Below are positions 13,366 through 23,570 of a stretch of 64,000 nt of DNA, piece by piece. Position numbers and translations under genes: made by a program. The stretch is from Octopus sinensis (lineage: Eukaryota). Positions within the stretch are counted from its first letter, which is position 1. Every line of letters begins with the position of its first letter. Under the pieces are notes generated by a model. The model was given only the letters and a program-made list of their open reading frames with translations. It did not search any database and was not told the origin of the DNA. The DNA lies in the NCBI RefSeq assembly GCF_006345805.1, contig NC_042997.1:69192001-69256000 (forward strand), given 5' to 3'.

Positions 13366-14458
13366 GCCGAATTTGGATGATCATAACTTTCAGAAAAATG
13401 GATATTTTTTTTAAAAATCTTCTACGAATATGTGTTATATCATGTATATTTCGAATATGAAGAATTTGGGGGGAGTGTTTTAGGGGTGGGTGGGGGATGT
13501 CGGAAAATTCATCGGAGTCAACTCCAATTCGTTTTAATTTTCAAGAAAATGGATATTTTTTAATGAAATTCTCTACAAATATAACTCGGACTATATAGAT
13601 TCCGAGGACATAGGAATTTGGGGGGGGAACAATTGGGGGTTATTTTTGAGAACTGTTCCCCACTCGGGGGTGTTTCGGAACAAGTCGTCCATATTTGTTT
13701 CATAATCTCCTTTTTGTGCGTTTGTGCATCCGTAGATTTCTACCACACACACACACACGTAATTAAAAAAGTTCAGACGGGGAATTATTCCCTTCAGTAT
13801 CATGTTTATTATAAAGATTTTGTAACAAATTATACTTTATACTTCTATATTTAACTGTGCGTGTATATTCCTTGTTTTTGCTTCTGGTGTCTTCTGGCTT
13901 TCTATTAGAAACTTTTACCTGGGAATTTACTTAAAGTGAAAAAAAAATTGTATGTAATACAAGTCGTCTTAATAAGATATTTCTGTGTACCAGACATTTA
14001 GCTGCTATTTTTAGCATAAGGAGTTTTCTGGTGAGGTCTTCATTTGCCTTCATTGCCTGTTTATTGCTTCAGTAGAAATCTACGGATGTGCAAATGCACA
14101 AAACGGAGAAAATGAAACAATTATGAACGACTTGTTCCGAAACATCCCCGAGTAGGGAACAGTTTTCAAAATTAACCCCCAATTGTTTCCCCACCTAAAT
14201 TTGTATGTCATTGGAATCTACATAGTGCGAGGTATATTTATAGAAGATTTCATTCAAAAATATCCATTTTCTTGAAAGTTAAGACGAATTGAAGTGGACC
14301 CCGGTGAATTTTCCGAAATTCCACAACCATCCCCCACCTAAAATGCTTTCCCCAAAAAATCTTGTATATTCGGAATCTACATGATATAAAAAATATTTGT
14401 TGAAAATTTCACTAAAAATATCCATTTTTCTGAAAGTTATGATCATCCAAAATCGGGG
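13366..14458. repeat. Large imperfect inverted repeat (foldback/MITE-like): arms about 13366-13744 and 14072-14458
   Basis: CCGAATTTGGATGATCATAACTTTCAGAAAAATGGATAT...GCATCCGTAGATTTCTAC is mirrored by GTAGAAATCTACGGATG...ATATCCATTTTTCTGAAAGTTATGATCATCCAAAATCGG. Confidence 0.88.
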
Positions 14459-14489
14459 GTGGGGTGCAGAAATCTGTAGTTATGCCCAT

Positions 14490-14797
14490 ATTCCTTTCCC
14501 TTATACGTTACCTTATGTTCGTCTAGTCTTAGAGCTGCACAGCTTTCTTTTATCGTATAACGCATAATTGTTTTCTTTGCATATCCATGATTTGTCCAGT
14601 TTGCTTTCCTCATTGTGCAGTACATTCGTTCGCTTTCCTCATTGTGCAGTACATTCCTTTCCCTTATACGTTACCTTATGTTCGTCTAGTCTTAGAGCTG
14701 CACAGCTTTCTTTTATCGTATAACGCATAATTGTTTTCTTTGCATATCCATGATTTGTCCAGTTTGCTTTCCTCATTGTGCAGTACATTCGTTCGCT
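14490..14797. repeat. Tandem duplication of 145 bp (14490-14634 and 14653-14797) with an 18-bp templated insert
   Basis: The two copies read identical by eye. The spacer TTCCTCATTGTGCAGTAC is copied from the end of the unit. Confidence 0.9.
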
Positions 14798-14923
14798 ATT
14801 CCCAGCGGCCTCTCGCCGTTGACGCAACCGAAGAAATTAACAATATTATCGTTAAAAGTGTGAAATTGTTATGATCTTTGTGACGGTGACTAACGAGAAA
14901 TAAGCAACGTCTTATGTATGAAT

Positions 14924-16010
14924 GATTGTTAACGTCAAGTCCATTTATAAGTGCTTGGAATTCTTTAAGTCTCTCTATACTTTCTTGCCAAATAATGAAA
15001 CAATCATTCAGGTTGCACTTCCAGTTATTCTATATGTAGTGAGAGAATGGGTTGATGTATATTTCTAGTACCTTACGACAAAGAATTATTTCTAGTATCC
15101 CATATCTAGAAATCAGGAGGGGGCCATTTTCGTACCCATCGCAGTCCCCAACTTTTGTCGATTGAAGTTGTATTTGAAGATAAAGAAAGTAGTTATTGTC
15201 CAAGACGAATATTAGCCCTTCTATTACGAATTCTGTTTTGATACGATATGGGAGTTCATTGGAGTAATTCTCTATCCAGAATTGAATTGCCTCTATTCCT
15301 AGGCTGTGGGGGATATTAGAATAGAGGTTGACTACATCGAAGGATACTAGTAGGGTGTTTTTGTTTATTATTTTAGGGAGGCGATTGAGCATTTCAAGAT
15401 CGTCCCTTATGTAGCTTTTGATATGCTTGAGGAATAGTTTTAAGAGGGTATCTAAAAAGTTACTGGGGTGGTGGGTTCCGCTTGCGGGACCTTGATTATT
15501 ATATCTGTGTCTACCCTTCATGCCTTACTCATTTTCTCACTTGTGTGTTTCTTACGAATATCGTAAAATTGAATGGATTTACTTTTGAAATTGGTCATAT
15601 AATCGTTTTCTTTGTCGGTGAGCCCTTCTCTGTATAGGTTTAACATAGAATTTAGGTTTCTCATTATTTTCTGCTGACTGTAGTGTTGGACCATTTCATC
15701 ATATGTTGTGTCTTCTAATATGGATAGTACTAGAGTTATGTAGTATACCGTGTCCATTCAACCTAGCAAAAAGGATTTGTACTATAGTATCTAATACAAG
15801 CACTAGAAACACACGGCTATATGAACTCATCAGGAACTACACACCATCAATAATTGATATATGTTTTCAACGTTCCCTACAATTCAACATCCACGAACTC
15901 AGACATCCCAAATTAAAGAAGGATTTACAACCAAAAGCCCTACTATACATCTCCACACACAACCCTCTTAACAATGAAGCCTTCGACACCATCCTCCAAA
16001 ACATTCCTAA
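14924..16010. mobile_element. Penelope-like element (PLE) RT fragment with internal inversion (RT core on -, thumb region on +)
   Basis: Minus: SNFLDTLLK..YIRDDLEML...LLVSFDVVNLYSNIPH.LGIEA (PLE RT). Plus, from about 15753: PFNLAKRICTIVS..TRNTRL.EL. Both parts are homologous to the colinear copy at 17775-18985. Confidence 0.85.
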
Positions 16011-16021
16011 AATGCTCTTCA

Positions 16022-16070
<49 letters not shown>

Positions 16071-16388
16071 CATGTGTGCGTGTGTCTCTTTAATCTTTAC
16101 TTGTTTCGGCCATTTTTGACTGTGGCAATGCTGGAGCACCTAGGATATAACAAGTATTCCAGGTTATCAGGAAGTTTACTAATTTATACTTTACTAATAA
16201 AATGTAAAAAGTATATCTTATAATATTATTATTAAAAATTTGGGATATTTAAGCAGCTCCTAGTACAGGATATCGTCATGTTTTGGTATACGCAGAGAAA
16301 ATTAAATCAAATAAAATAATTAAAATAACATAAAATAAAATTAGTTAAATAAATATATCTTACCTGTTATTAATCTGTGTCGAAAGAA

Positions 16389-16472
16389 GGTAGTACACGT
16401 ATTTCTGCGCAGGAGAGGTGTGTATTAAGGCTATACTTAATACATAAATGCACCAGTGCGTCCTCAGGCTGC
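16389..16472 (-). ncRNA. Degenerate type-I hammerhead-like motif with long stem II
   Basis: CUGAGGA-CGCA..GGUG..GUAUUAAG(UAUAGC)CUUAAUAC..CACC..UGCG-CA-GAAA-U(ACGU)G-UA-CUACC. Stem I pairs poorly. A CAG|GTAAGA donor-like site follows at 16363. Confidence 0.45.
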
Positions 16473-17774
16473 GTATATTATTATTATTATTATTATTATA
16501 TACGAGTAAAAGTTAAAAATTATATTGAAAATAAAAATTATAATAAAAATAAAAATTACAAATATATTTTAAAATATTAAATACCTAAAGTACAATTAAG
16601 ATATATATTGAAAATGCTCTACCTAAAGAAATTTTAACGATTGAATTAGAAACATATCAAATCTTATAATACATCTAAATAAATATTAAAGAACTTATAT
16701 TACTTGTAATAATTTAGTGTAAAATATACCCCTAGCAATACTAGTATAATAAAACATACTTTATATCAAATGTGAGTTAAAAGTCTAGAATAAAGAAAAA
16801 GAAGAAGAAGGAGGAGGAGGAGGAGGAGGGAGAGAAGGAGGAGAAGAAGAGGGAGTAGGAAAAGAAGAGGAAAATAAGAAAATATGGGAGGGGTATGACA
16901 ATAGTAGGATGTTGGTGGAATCCTCTTAAATGGTCAGGTGACCTAAAAGTGACCTGTTGTGGTTGTAATAGTACCAACTGGAATTGTTCTGAATAAATTC
17001 ATGGTAGGTGACTGCTTTGAATATATCGTTTTTAATATTTGCGTGGGTATTATTCTAAGGTCCTTATAATAGTGACATTTGTAGTGGATGCATTCAAAAC
17101 TAGTTTATATTTTGTAATAAATTACGAATCTTTACTGATGCGCTGATTATAGGTTGCATCGTTCGTAAATTTATAGAGGGGGAAATTCTGAAACTGGGTT
17201 GGGATCTAGTTTTTTCATTCGAAAAATATGCATTTTTTAAAAGTTAAAAATCTGAAAATCGGCTATGATAATACATTATTATAGTCGATTTTCAGTATCA
17301 TTGCTTTAAAGGTATGATGTTGTGGAGAAAAAAATAATTGGAGAAAAAGTTACAGAGGTTTAAAAATCCAAAAAAACTGTAAGGCAGAAATTTTCTGCGT
17401 TTAACGGAGCGGTGTCAACTTTAAGATTGTACCCTGTGAAATTTATAGTTAAGCGTGTGACCTGTCCATTGTAGGTTTCTAAATGCCTAATAAAATCAAC
17501 ATGTATCATCTTACTGTTTCTTTTGTCTCCTCATTGATTGTATTTTTTATCATGTTTTAAAATTTGTCATATTAATATTAATATATTTGTCTGCATGTAT
17601 TTACTTTATGCGTATTTCAGTATTATAGATACCTGTCATGTATTTGTGTACATCATTAATATATAAGTGCATACGTGTGTATGTAAAACGTTGACCTTGT
17701 TGGAAAAAGAACTCCGATCCCTCAATTAGGTTGACGCATATACCACAGTTGCGCCGTTTTTTTGTTTTTTTTTT

Positions 17775-18985
17775 GCTGGCTAGTGTTCGGAGAATTTTCA
17801 TGTCCTTTGCCCTTTGTGATGGTGTGCGCTTGTAGGATTAAATTCATTCTGTGGTCCCTTTTTAGTAGTGCAGTGTTTTGCAGGATGGCGTCGAGTGCTT
17901 CATTGTTGTGTGTGGATATGTATGGTAGGGCTCTCGGTTGTAAATCCTTCTTTAATTTGGGATGTTTGAGTTCGTGGATGTTGAGTAGTTGTAGGGCACG
18001 TTGAAAGCCTACATCAATTAGTTCCTGGTAATGAGTTTATCCTTTAGTTCATGAAGTCGTGTGTACCTGGTGTCTGTATTAGAAACTATAGTACAAATCT
18101 TTTTGCTAGGTTGAAAGGGATATTCATTCTAGTTTGTCTGGAGTAGCATGTGCTGAACGGTAGACATTGCTTGGAGTCCGTGGGCTTATAGTATATATCA
18201 CTTTCTATTTTGTTGTTGGATTTCTTCATGAGGATGTCGAGGAATGGATGTTGTTGATTGCTATATTCCATCATAAATTGAATGTTTACGTCGAGTCCAT
18301 TTATAAGTGCTTGAAATTCTTTAAGTCTTTCTATACTTTCATGCCAAAGAATGAAACAGTCATCCTGGTACCTCTTCCAGTTATTTTATATGTAGAGGGA
18401 GAATGGGTTGACGTATATTTCTAGTACCTTACGATAAAGATTTCCCACGGCTAGTTTAGCAAACGAGGGGGCCATTCTCGTACCCATCGCAGTCCCCGAC
18501 TTTGATCGATAGAATTTGTATTTGAAGAAAAGAAAGTAGTTATTGCTCTTCTATTACGAATTCTGTTTCCATGCGATATGGGAGTTCATTGGAGTAATTC
18601 TCTAACCAGACTGTGAGGGAATATTAAAATATAGGTTGACTATATCGAATGTTACTAGTAGGGTATATTTGTTTATTGTTTTAGGAGGGTGATTGAGCAT
18701 ATCTAGGTCATCCCATATGTAGCTTTTGATATGCTTGAGGAATGACTTTAAGGGGGTATCTAAAAAGTTATTGAGTCTATGGGTTTCGCATGTTATTATA
18801 GGTCTTAATTTGAGGTCATTTGGAGTAGGGACCTTGTTTATTATGTCTGTGGCTATCCTGCATGCGTTTCTTATTTTTTGTGTATCTTAGGAAGGAATAC
18901 CGCGGAATTCACTGGATTTACTTTTGAAGCTAATCATATAATCGTATTCCTTGTCGGTGAGCCCTTCTCTGTATAGGCTTAACAA
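17775..18985 (-). mobile_element. PLE RT fragment, colinear and degraded
   Basis: NNWKRYQDDCFILW (RT motif C), MEYS.Q.HPFLDI, DIYYKPTDSKQCLPF...NIPFNLAKR. Multiple stops and frameshifts; same family as 14924-16010. Confidence 0.88.
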
Positions 18986-19316
18986 TCAAAACCAAGAACT
19001 CATACAAAATATTCTTTTAGGACTGCTACTACCTACTACCTGCTGCCAAGCCTTCACAAGAGCAAGAGAGAGAGAGAGAGATAGAGAGAGAGAGAGATAA
19101 ACAGAGAGATAGAAACAGAGAGACAGAAAAAATGAAAATGTCCCTTGTTTTTGAAAACTATGGAAATATTTTTTAAAAACATTTAATTTAATTGTCTTTC
19201 ATGCTTTACTCTAAGTTGAAAAAGTCGCAAAGTCTGAAACCAGTACTAAAATGTTCTTCATGATAAAATTATTGTAGCATTTTCTACCTTGTATTATTTT
19301 CGTTTTATATATATAT

Positions 19317-19615
19317 ATCAGGTTGAGTAAAACGTAAGCAACGATTTGAACTATGAAGAATTTGTATCATATTTTTTGCAGAGTTTTGAAATTTTTTAAA
19401 ACATTTTTTTGACAGTTGTTTGATAATACAGACATAGACTTGCCCAAATGCATCAATAAATTAACATTGACATTTTCTCATAGTTGTTGCAATCATCATT
19501 TTGCTGATTGTTTGACTTTGTTATATTGTTTGCTTTTGTTGTGTTTTCTCCACCAGAGGTGGCGAAAATTACAGTGAGCATGGAGGAAGTGCGTGCCGGG
19601 ATGTACGCTTCCGTA
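19317..19615 (+). mobile_element. Possible mariner 5' end remnant
   Basis: Begins TA-TCAGGTTGAGTAAAACGTAAG (mariner-like TIR) after an AT run. ..VSMEEVRA.. resembles a mariner N-terminus. No partner TIR found. Confidence 0.35.
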
Positions 19616-19619
19616 TTAT

Positions 19620-19990
19620 AATATTGTTACGACTGTAAAACACCTTAAAGTCAGAGAGGTGCCTGTGGACTTCTTCGAGACAGTGAAGAACAGTAGAGAA
19701 TTGTTACAAAGAGAAGGGTCCAAATTAAAATTGATGCCGCCAGAAGAAGCAACAAGAGACAAGAATGAGAAAACAGTTGTCTACAGAACCCTCTCATTAG
19801 CAACCAAGAAAATTGAGATAGCGAAAGAGGAAGAGTTGGAAAAATGCTTAAAAGAAATAAGTAATATAGAATTTTGCTGTAGAGGAAGCAAGTTTGGCAC
19901 AGTGGAGGTGCACTTCCTGACTGTGGAGGAGGCAGCAAGACACTCCACTGTAGACTTGAAATCGGAAAAATGGGCACTACTGCCAACTCG
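19620..19990 (+). pseudogene. Coding-like fragment, possibly a non-LTR retrotransposon ORF1 (RRM-like)
   Basis: About 120 open, purine-rich, protein-like codons: ...EKTVVYRTLSLATKKIE...IEFCCRGSKFGTVEVHFLTVEEAARHS...KWALLPT. No clear start, splice sites or end. Confidence 0.4.
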
Positions 19991-20256
19991 TTCATTGTTT
20001 TGGTCCCATTCCTTGATAGGTTCTTACTGGTGTCCCCACAGTGGAAGCAATATTATTGCTAATGGCCGTAATTGCGTTTGACCCTCTGGCTGATATCTGA
20101 TGAAGAGTTGGTGACCTTCTATGCTTTCTACGCTTGTGTATTTAGTATATGTTCGATTATTTATTTGCTACGCGTTTTTTCAGTTATACATATTAGAGAG
20201 GTATGTCGTTTGTTGTCTTTTTATTTAATTCTGAAAAACAAATATATATACATATA

Positions 20257-20315
<59 letters not shown>

Positions 20316-20387
20316 GCCGAGTGCTGGGAACACAAAAAGGGGATGAATTTATCGAGAGTGAAAATCAAAAACGTTTACCGATACTTT

Positions 20388-20469
20388 AACAACTCGTACC
20401 GCGGTTTCTGCTTCTTTCTAGCAAAACACAGAATATGTTTGCTAAGGCCAGCTTCATCAGCGAGTTGCC
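20388..20469 (-). ncRNA. Type-I hammerhead ribozyme motif in the inverted copy
   Basis: Reverse complement of the array HHR; predicted cleavage between 20397 and 20396. Confidence 0.75.
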
Positions 20470-20689
20470 TGAATTTAATCGAGGTCTGCAGCGATGTGGG
20501 GCTATACGTTAAATAATATTACTACCCTTCTTGTTTATATTCGCATACTACATGATGAATTTATTCGTAAAATTCTTCCCGGCATGCCCGCGTAATTTTG
20601 CGTCTGCGCAGAGATTTGAAAAGTTAAGATCTGCTAGTAGTCGGGTTTAACGTATAGCCCCACATCGCTGCAGACCTCGATTAAATTCA

Positions 20690-20771
20690 GGCAACTCGCT
20701 GATGAAGCTGGCCTTAGCAAACATATTCTGTGTTTTGCTAGAAAGAAGCAGAAACCGCGGTACGAGTTTTT
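20690..20771 (+). ncRNA. Type-I hammerhead ribozyme motif, unit 1
   Basis: GGCAACUCG-CUGAUGA-A-GCU..UUAGCAAA(CAUAUUCUGUGU)UUUGCUAG..AGC-A-GAAA-C(CGCG)G-UA|CGAGUU. Predicted cleavage after 20762. Stem I is slightly weaker in this copy (CGAGUUUUU). Confidence 0.75.
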
Positions 20772-21133
20772 AAAGTTATCGGTAAACGTTTTTGATTTTC
20801 ACTCTCGATAAATTCATCCCCTTTTTGTGTTCCAGCACTCGGCATCTTTATTTAGGAGCCCTTAATTGTATAACTACATGAATAATATTTTTCTATATGA
20901 ATAATATTTTTGTCTTATGACTAATTCGTCTTTTGTGCTGGGCACCTGGTAATAAATAATATTACTACCCTTCTTGTTTATATTCGCATACTACATGATG
21001 AATTTATTCGTAAAATTCTTCCCGGCATGCCCGCGTAAATTTTGCGTCTGCGCAGAGATTTGAAAAGTTAAGATCTGCTAGTAGTCGGGTTTAACGTATA
21101 GCCCCACATCGCTGCAGACCTCGATTAAATTCA

Positions 21134-21214
21134 GGCAACTCGCTGATGAAGCTGGCCTTAGCAAACATATTCTGTGTTTTGCTAGAAAGAAGCAGAACCG
21201 CGGTACGAGTTGTT
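21134..21214 (+). ncRNA. Hammerhead motif, unit 2 (core reads GAAC instead of GAAAC)
   Basis: As unit 1 but one A is missing at 21195-21197. This is either an inactivating mutation or a homopolymer sequencing error. Confidence 0.6.
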
Positions 21215-21575
21215 AAAGTTATCGGTAAACGTTTTTGATTTTCACTCTCGATAAATTCATTCCCTTTTTGTGTTCCCAGCACTCGGCATCTTTATTTAGG
21301 AGCCCTTAATTGTATAACTACATGATAATATTTTTCTATATGAATAATATTTTTGTCTTATGACTAATTCGTCTTTTGTGCTGGGCACCTGGTAATAAAT
21401 AATATTACTACCCTTCTTGTTTATATTCGCATACTACATGATGAATTTATTCGTAAAATTCTTCCGGCATGCCCGCGTAAATTTTGCGTCTGCGCAGAGA
21501 TTTGAAAAGTTAAGATCTGCTAGTAGTCGGGTTTAACGTATAGCCCCACATCGCTGCAGACCTCGATTAAATTCA

Positions 21576-21657
21576 GGCAACTCGCTGATGAAGCTGGCCT
21601 TAGCAAACATATTCTGTGTTTTGCTAGAAAGAAGCAGAAACCGCGGTACGAGTTGTT
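21576..21657 (+). ncRNA. Type-I hammerhead ribozyme motif, unit 3
   Basis: 9-bp stem I GGCAACUCG/CGAGUUGUU, CUGAUGA, GAAAC-CGCG-GUA. Predicted cleavage after 21648. Confidence 0.78.
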
Positions 21658-22017
21658 AAAGTTATCGGTAAACGTTTTTGATTTTCACTCTCGATAAATT
21701 CATCCCCTTTTTGTGTTCCAGCACTCGGCATCTTTATTTAGGAGCCCTTAATTGTATAACTACATGAATAATATTTTTCTATATGAATATATTTTTGTCT
21801 TATGACTAATTCGTCTTTTGTGCTGGGCACCTGGTAGTAAATAATATTACTACCCTTCTTGTTTATATTCGCATACTACATGATGAATTTATTCGTAAAA
21901 TTCTTCCCGGCATGCCCGCGTAAATTTTGCGTCTGCGCAGAGATTTGAAAAGTTAGATCTGCTAGTAGTCGGGTTTAACGTATAGCCCCACATCGCTGCA
22001 GACCTCGATTAAATTCA

Positions 22018-22099
22018 GGCAACTCGCTGATGAAGCTGGCCTTAGCAAACATATTCTGTGTTTTGCTAGAAAGAAGCAGAAACCGCGGTACGAGTTGTT
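22018..22099 (+). ncRNA. Type-I hammerhead ribozyme motif, unit 4
   Basis: Identical to unit 3; predicted cleavage after 22090. Confidence 0.78.
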
Positions 22100-22340
22100 A
22101 AAGTTATCGGTAAACGTTTTTGATTTTCACTCTCGATAAATTCATCCCCTTTTTGTGTTCCCAGCACTCGGCATCTTTATTTAGGAGCCCTTAATTGTAT
22201 AACTACATGAATAATATTTTTCTATATGAATAATATTTTTGTCTTATGACTAATTCGTCTTTTGTGCTGGGCACCTGGTAGTAAATAATATTACTACCCT
22301 TCTTGTTTATATTATATACATATAATATATATATATATAC

Positions 22341-22458
<118 letters not shown>

Positions 22459-22470
22459 TATATATATTAT

Positions 22471-22506
<36 letters not shown>

Positions 22507-22704
22507 AAATTTATAATTAAGGGTATTTAAAAGATATCATCTCAACCACATCAAATATTCATACAGCACCGGGAGAGAAGACAAAAGAGACAAGAAAACT
22601 GGCAAAAAGTTATTGGATGATTCCAAATCCCGGATTTCTGGATTTGCATAAGAAATGATTTGCCTCATCAGTGGAATATACACAAAATGGTACAAATATA
22701 TATA

Positions 22705-23093
22705 TACTAGCAGTATCGCCCGGCGTTGCTCAGGTTTGTAAGGGAAATAACTATAAAGCATTTTTAGAGAGTTATAGCCAAAAAATAGCAAAAAAATGGA
22801 AAAAAAATGATGGTAAATTTCTTTTTGAGAGTAAAAAAAGGTTGAGTTGCGTCCCCTAGACAGTCTGTGGTTTGTTTTTTTTGATTCTCGACCCCATGTC
22901 GAATTTATCGATTTTTTTCAGAACTGGGGGAACTTTTCAAAATTTTCGCTGCGTTAGTTTTGAATTATGACATTGGGCTATGTGTGTGTCAAGTTTCATC
23001 AGAATCGGTTGAAAGCCGTGGTCAGGGTGAGGGTACGAGAAAACAGACACACAGAAACACGCACAGACAAACTGCCGTTTATATAGAGAGAGA
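22705..23093 (+). mobile_element. Non-autonomous Helentron/HINE (DINE-1-like) element
   Basis: Starts ACTAGCAGTATCGCCCGGCGTTGCTC. Ends with AAGTTTCATCAGAATCGG...ACAGACACACAGA..ACAAACTGCCGTTTATATAGAG. Inserted in AT-rich sequence. Confidence 0.65.
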
Positions 23094-23119
23094 TATATAT
23101 ATCGACAAGTAGATCGCGT

Positions 23120-23528
23120 ACGTTACGGGCGCGTTTGAAGGAGGGCAAGGGTGGGTTGGAGAAAATAGTGAGGGTGGTAGGATCTAGTTGAAGGTGACTG
23201 AAGATCCATAGGATCTTCCGATGAGGGATAGGGTAGAGGGGTTGAAAAGAAGAGGACAGGGAATGCGGTTAGGGGTTCGATGTTGGAAGATATTAGGGCG
23301 GTAGTGTGATCGATTTGATGAGCGCGAGTAAGGGCAATTTGGGCAAGAGTTGATGGGTATCCGTGACGCATGAACAAGGGGACCTGGTGCCGGCTGCACG
23401 GGCGTCAGTGGCGGAGGAACTGGGAATAGGTAATGGTCTGTTTAGAGTGAAAAGGATGGGAGGAGGAAAGGGAGGAGTCCGTCAGCTTGAAGAAGGCGGA
23501 GATAGTGAGAAATTAGGTAAGGGGATCA

Positions 23529-23570
<42 letters not shown>

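Larger units (their letters stand above)
20314..22313 (+). repeat. Retrozyme-like tandem array: inverted partial unit (20314-20513), then four 442-444-bp units starting at 20514, 20957, 21400 and 21842, then a 28-bp partial unit
   Basis: Near-identical units differing mostly by single-base homopolymer indels. The array is embedded in (AT)n on both sides and each unit contains a hammerhead motif. Confidence 0.95.

Noticed and set aside
20090-20130. CTGATGAAGAG just upstream of the array; also CTGATGA at 32-38
   Set aside because: No downstream GAAA and UH in register.
20514-22313. Array considered as a CRISPR array or tandem tRNA/5S/snRNA genes
   Set aside because: Eukaryotic context, ~443-bp units with no unique spacers, and no cloverleaf, 5S or Sm-site features.
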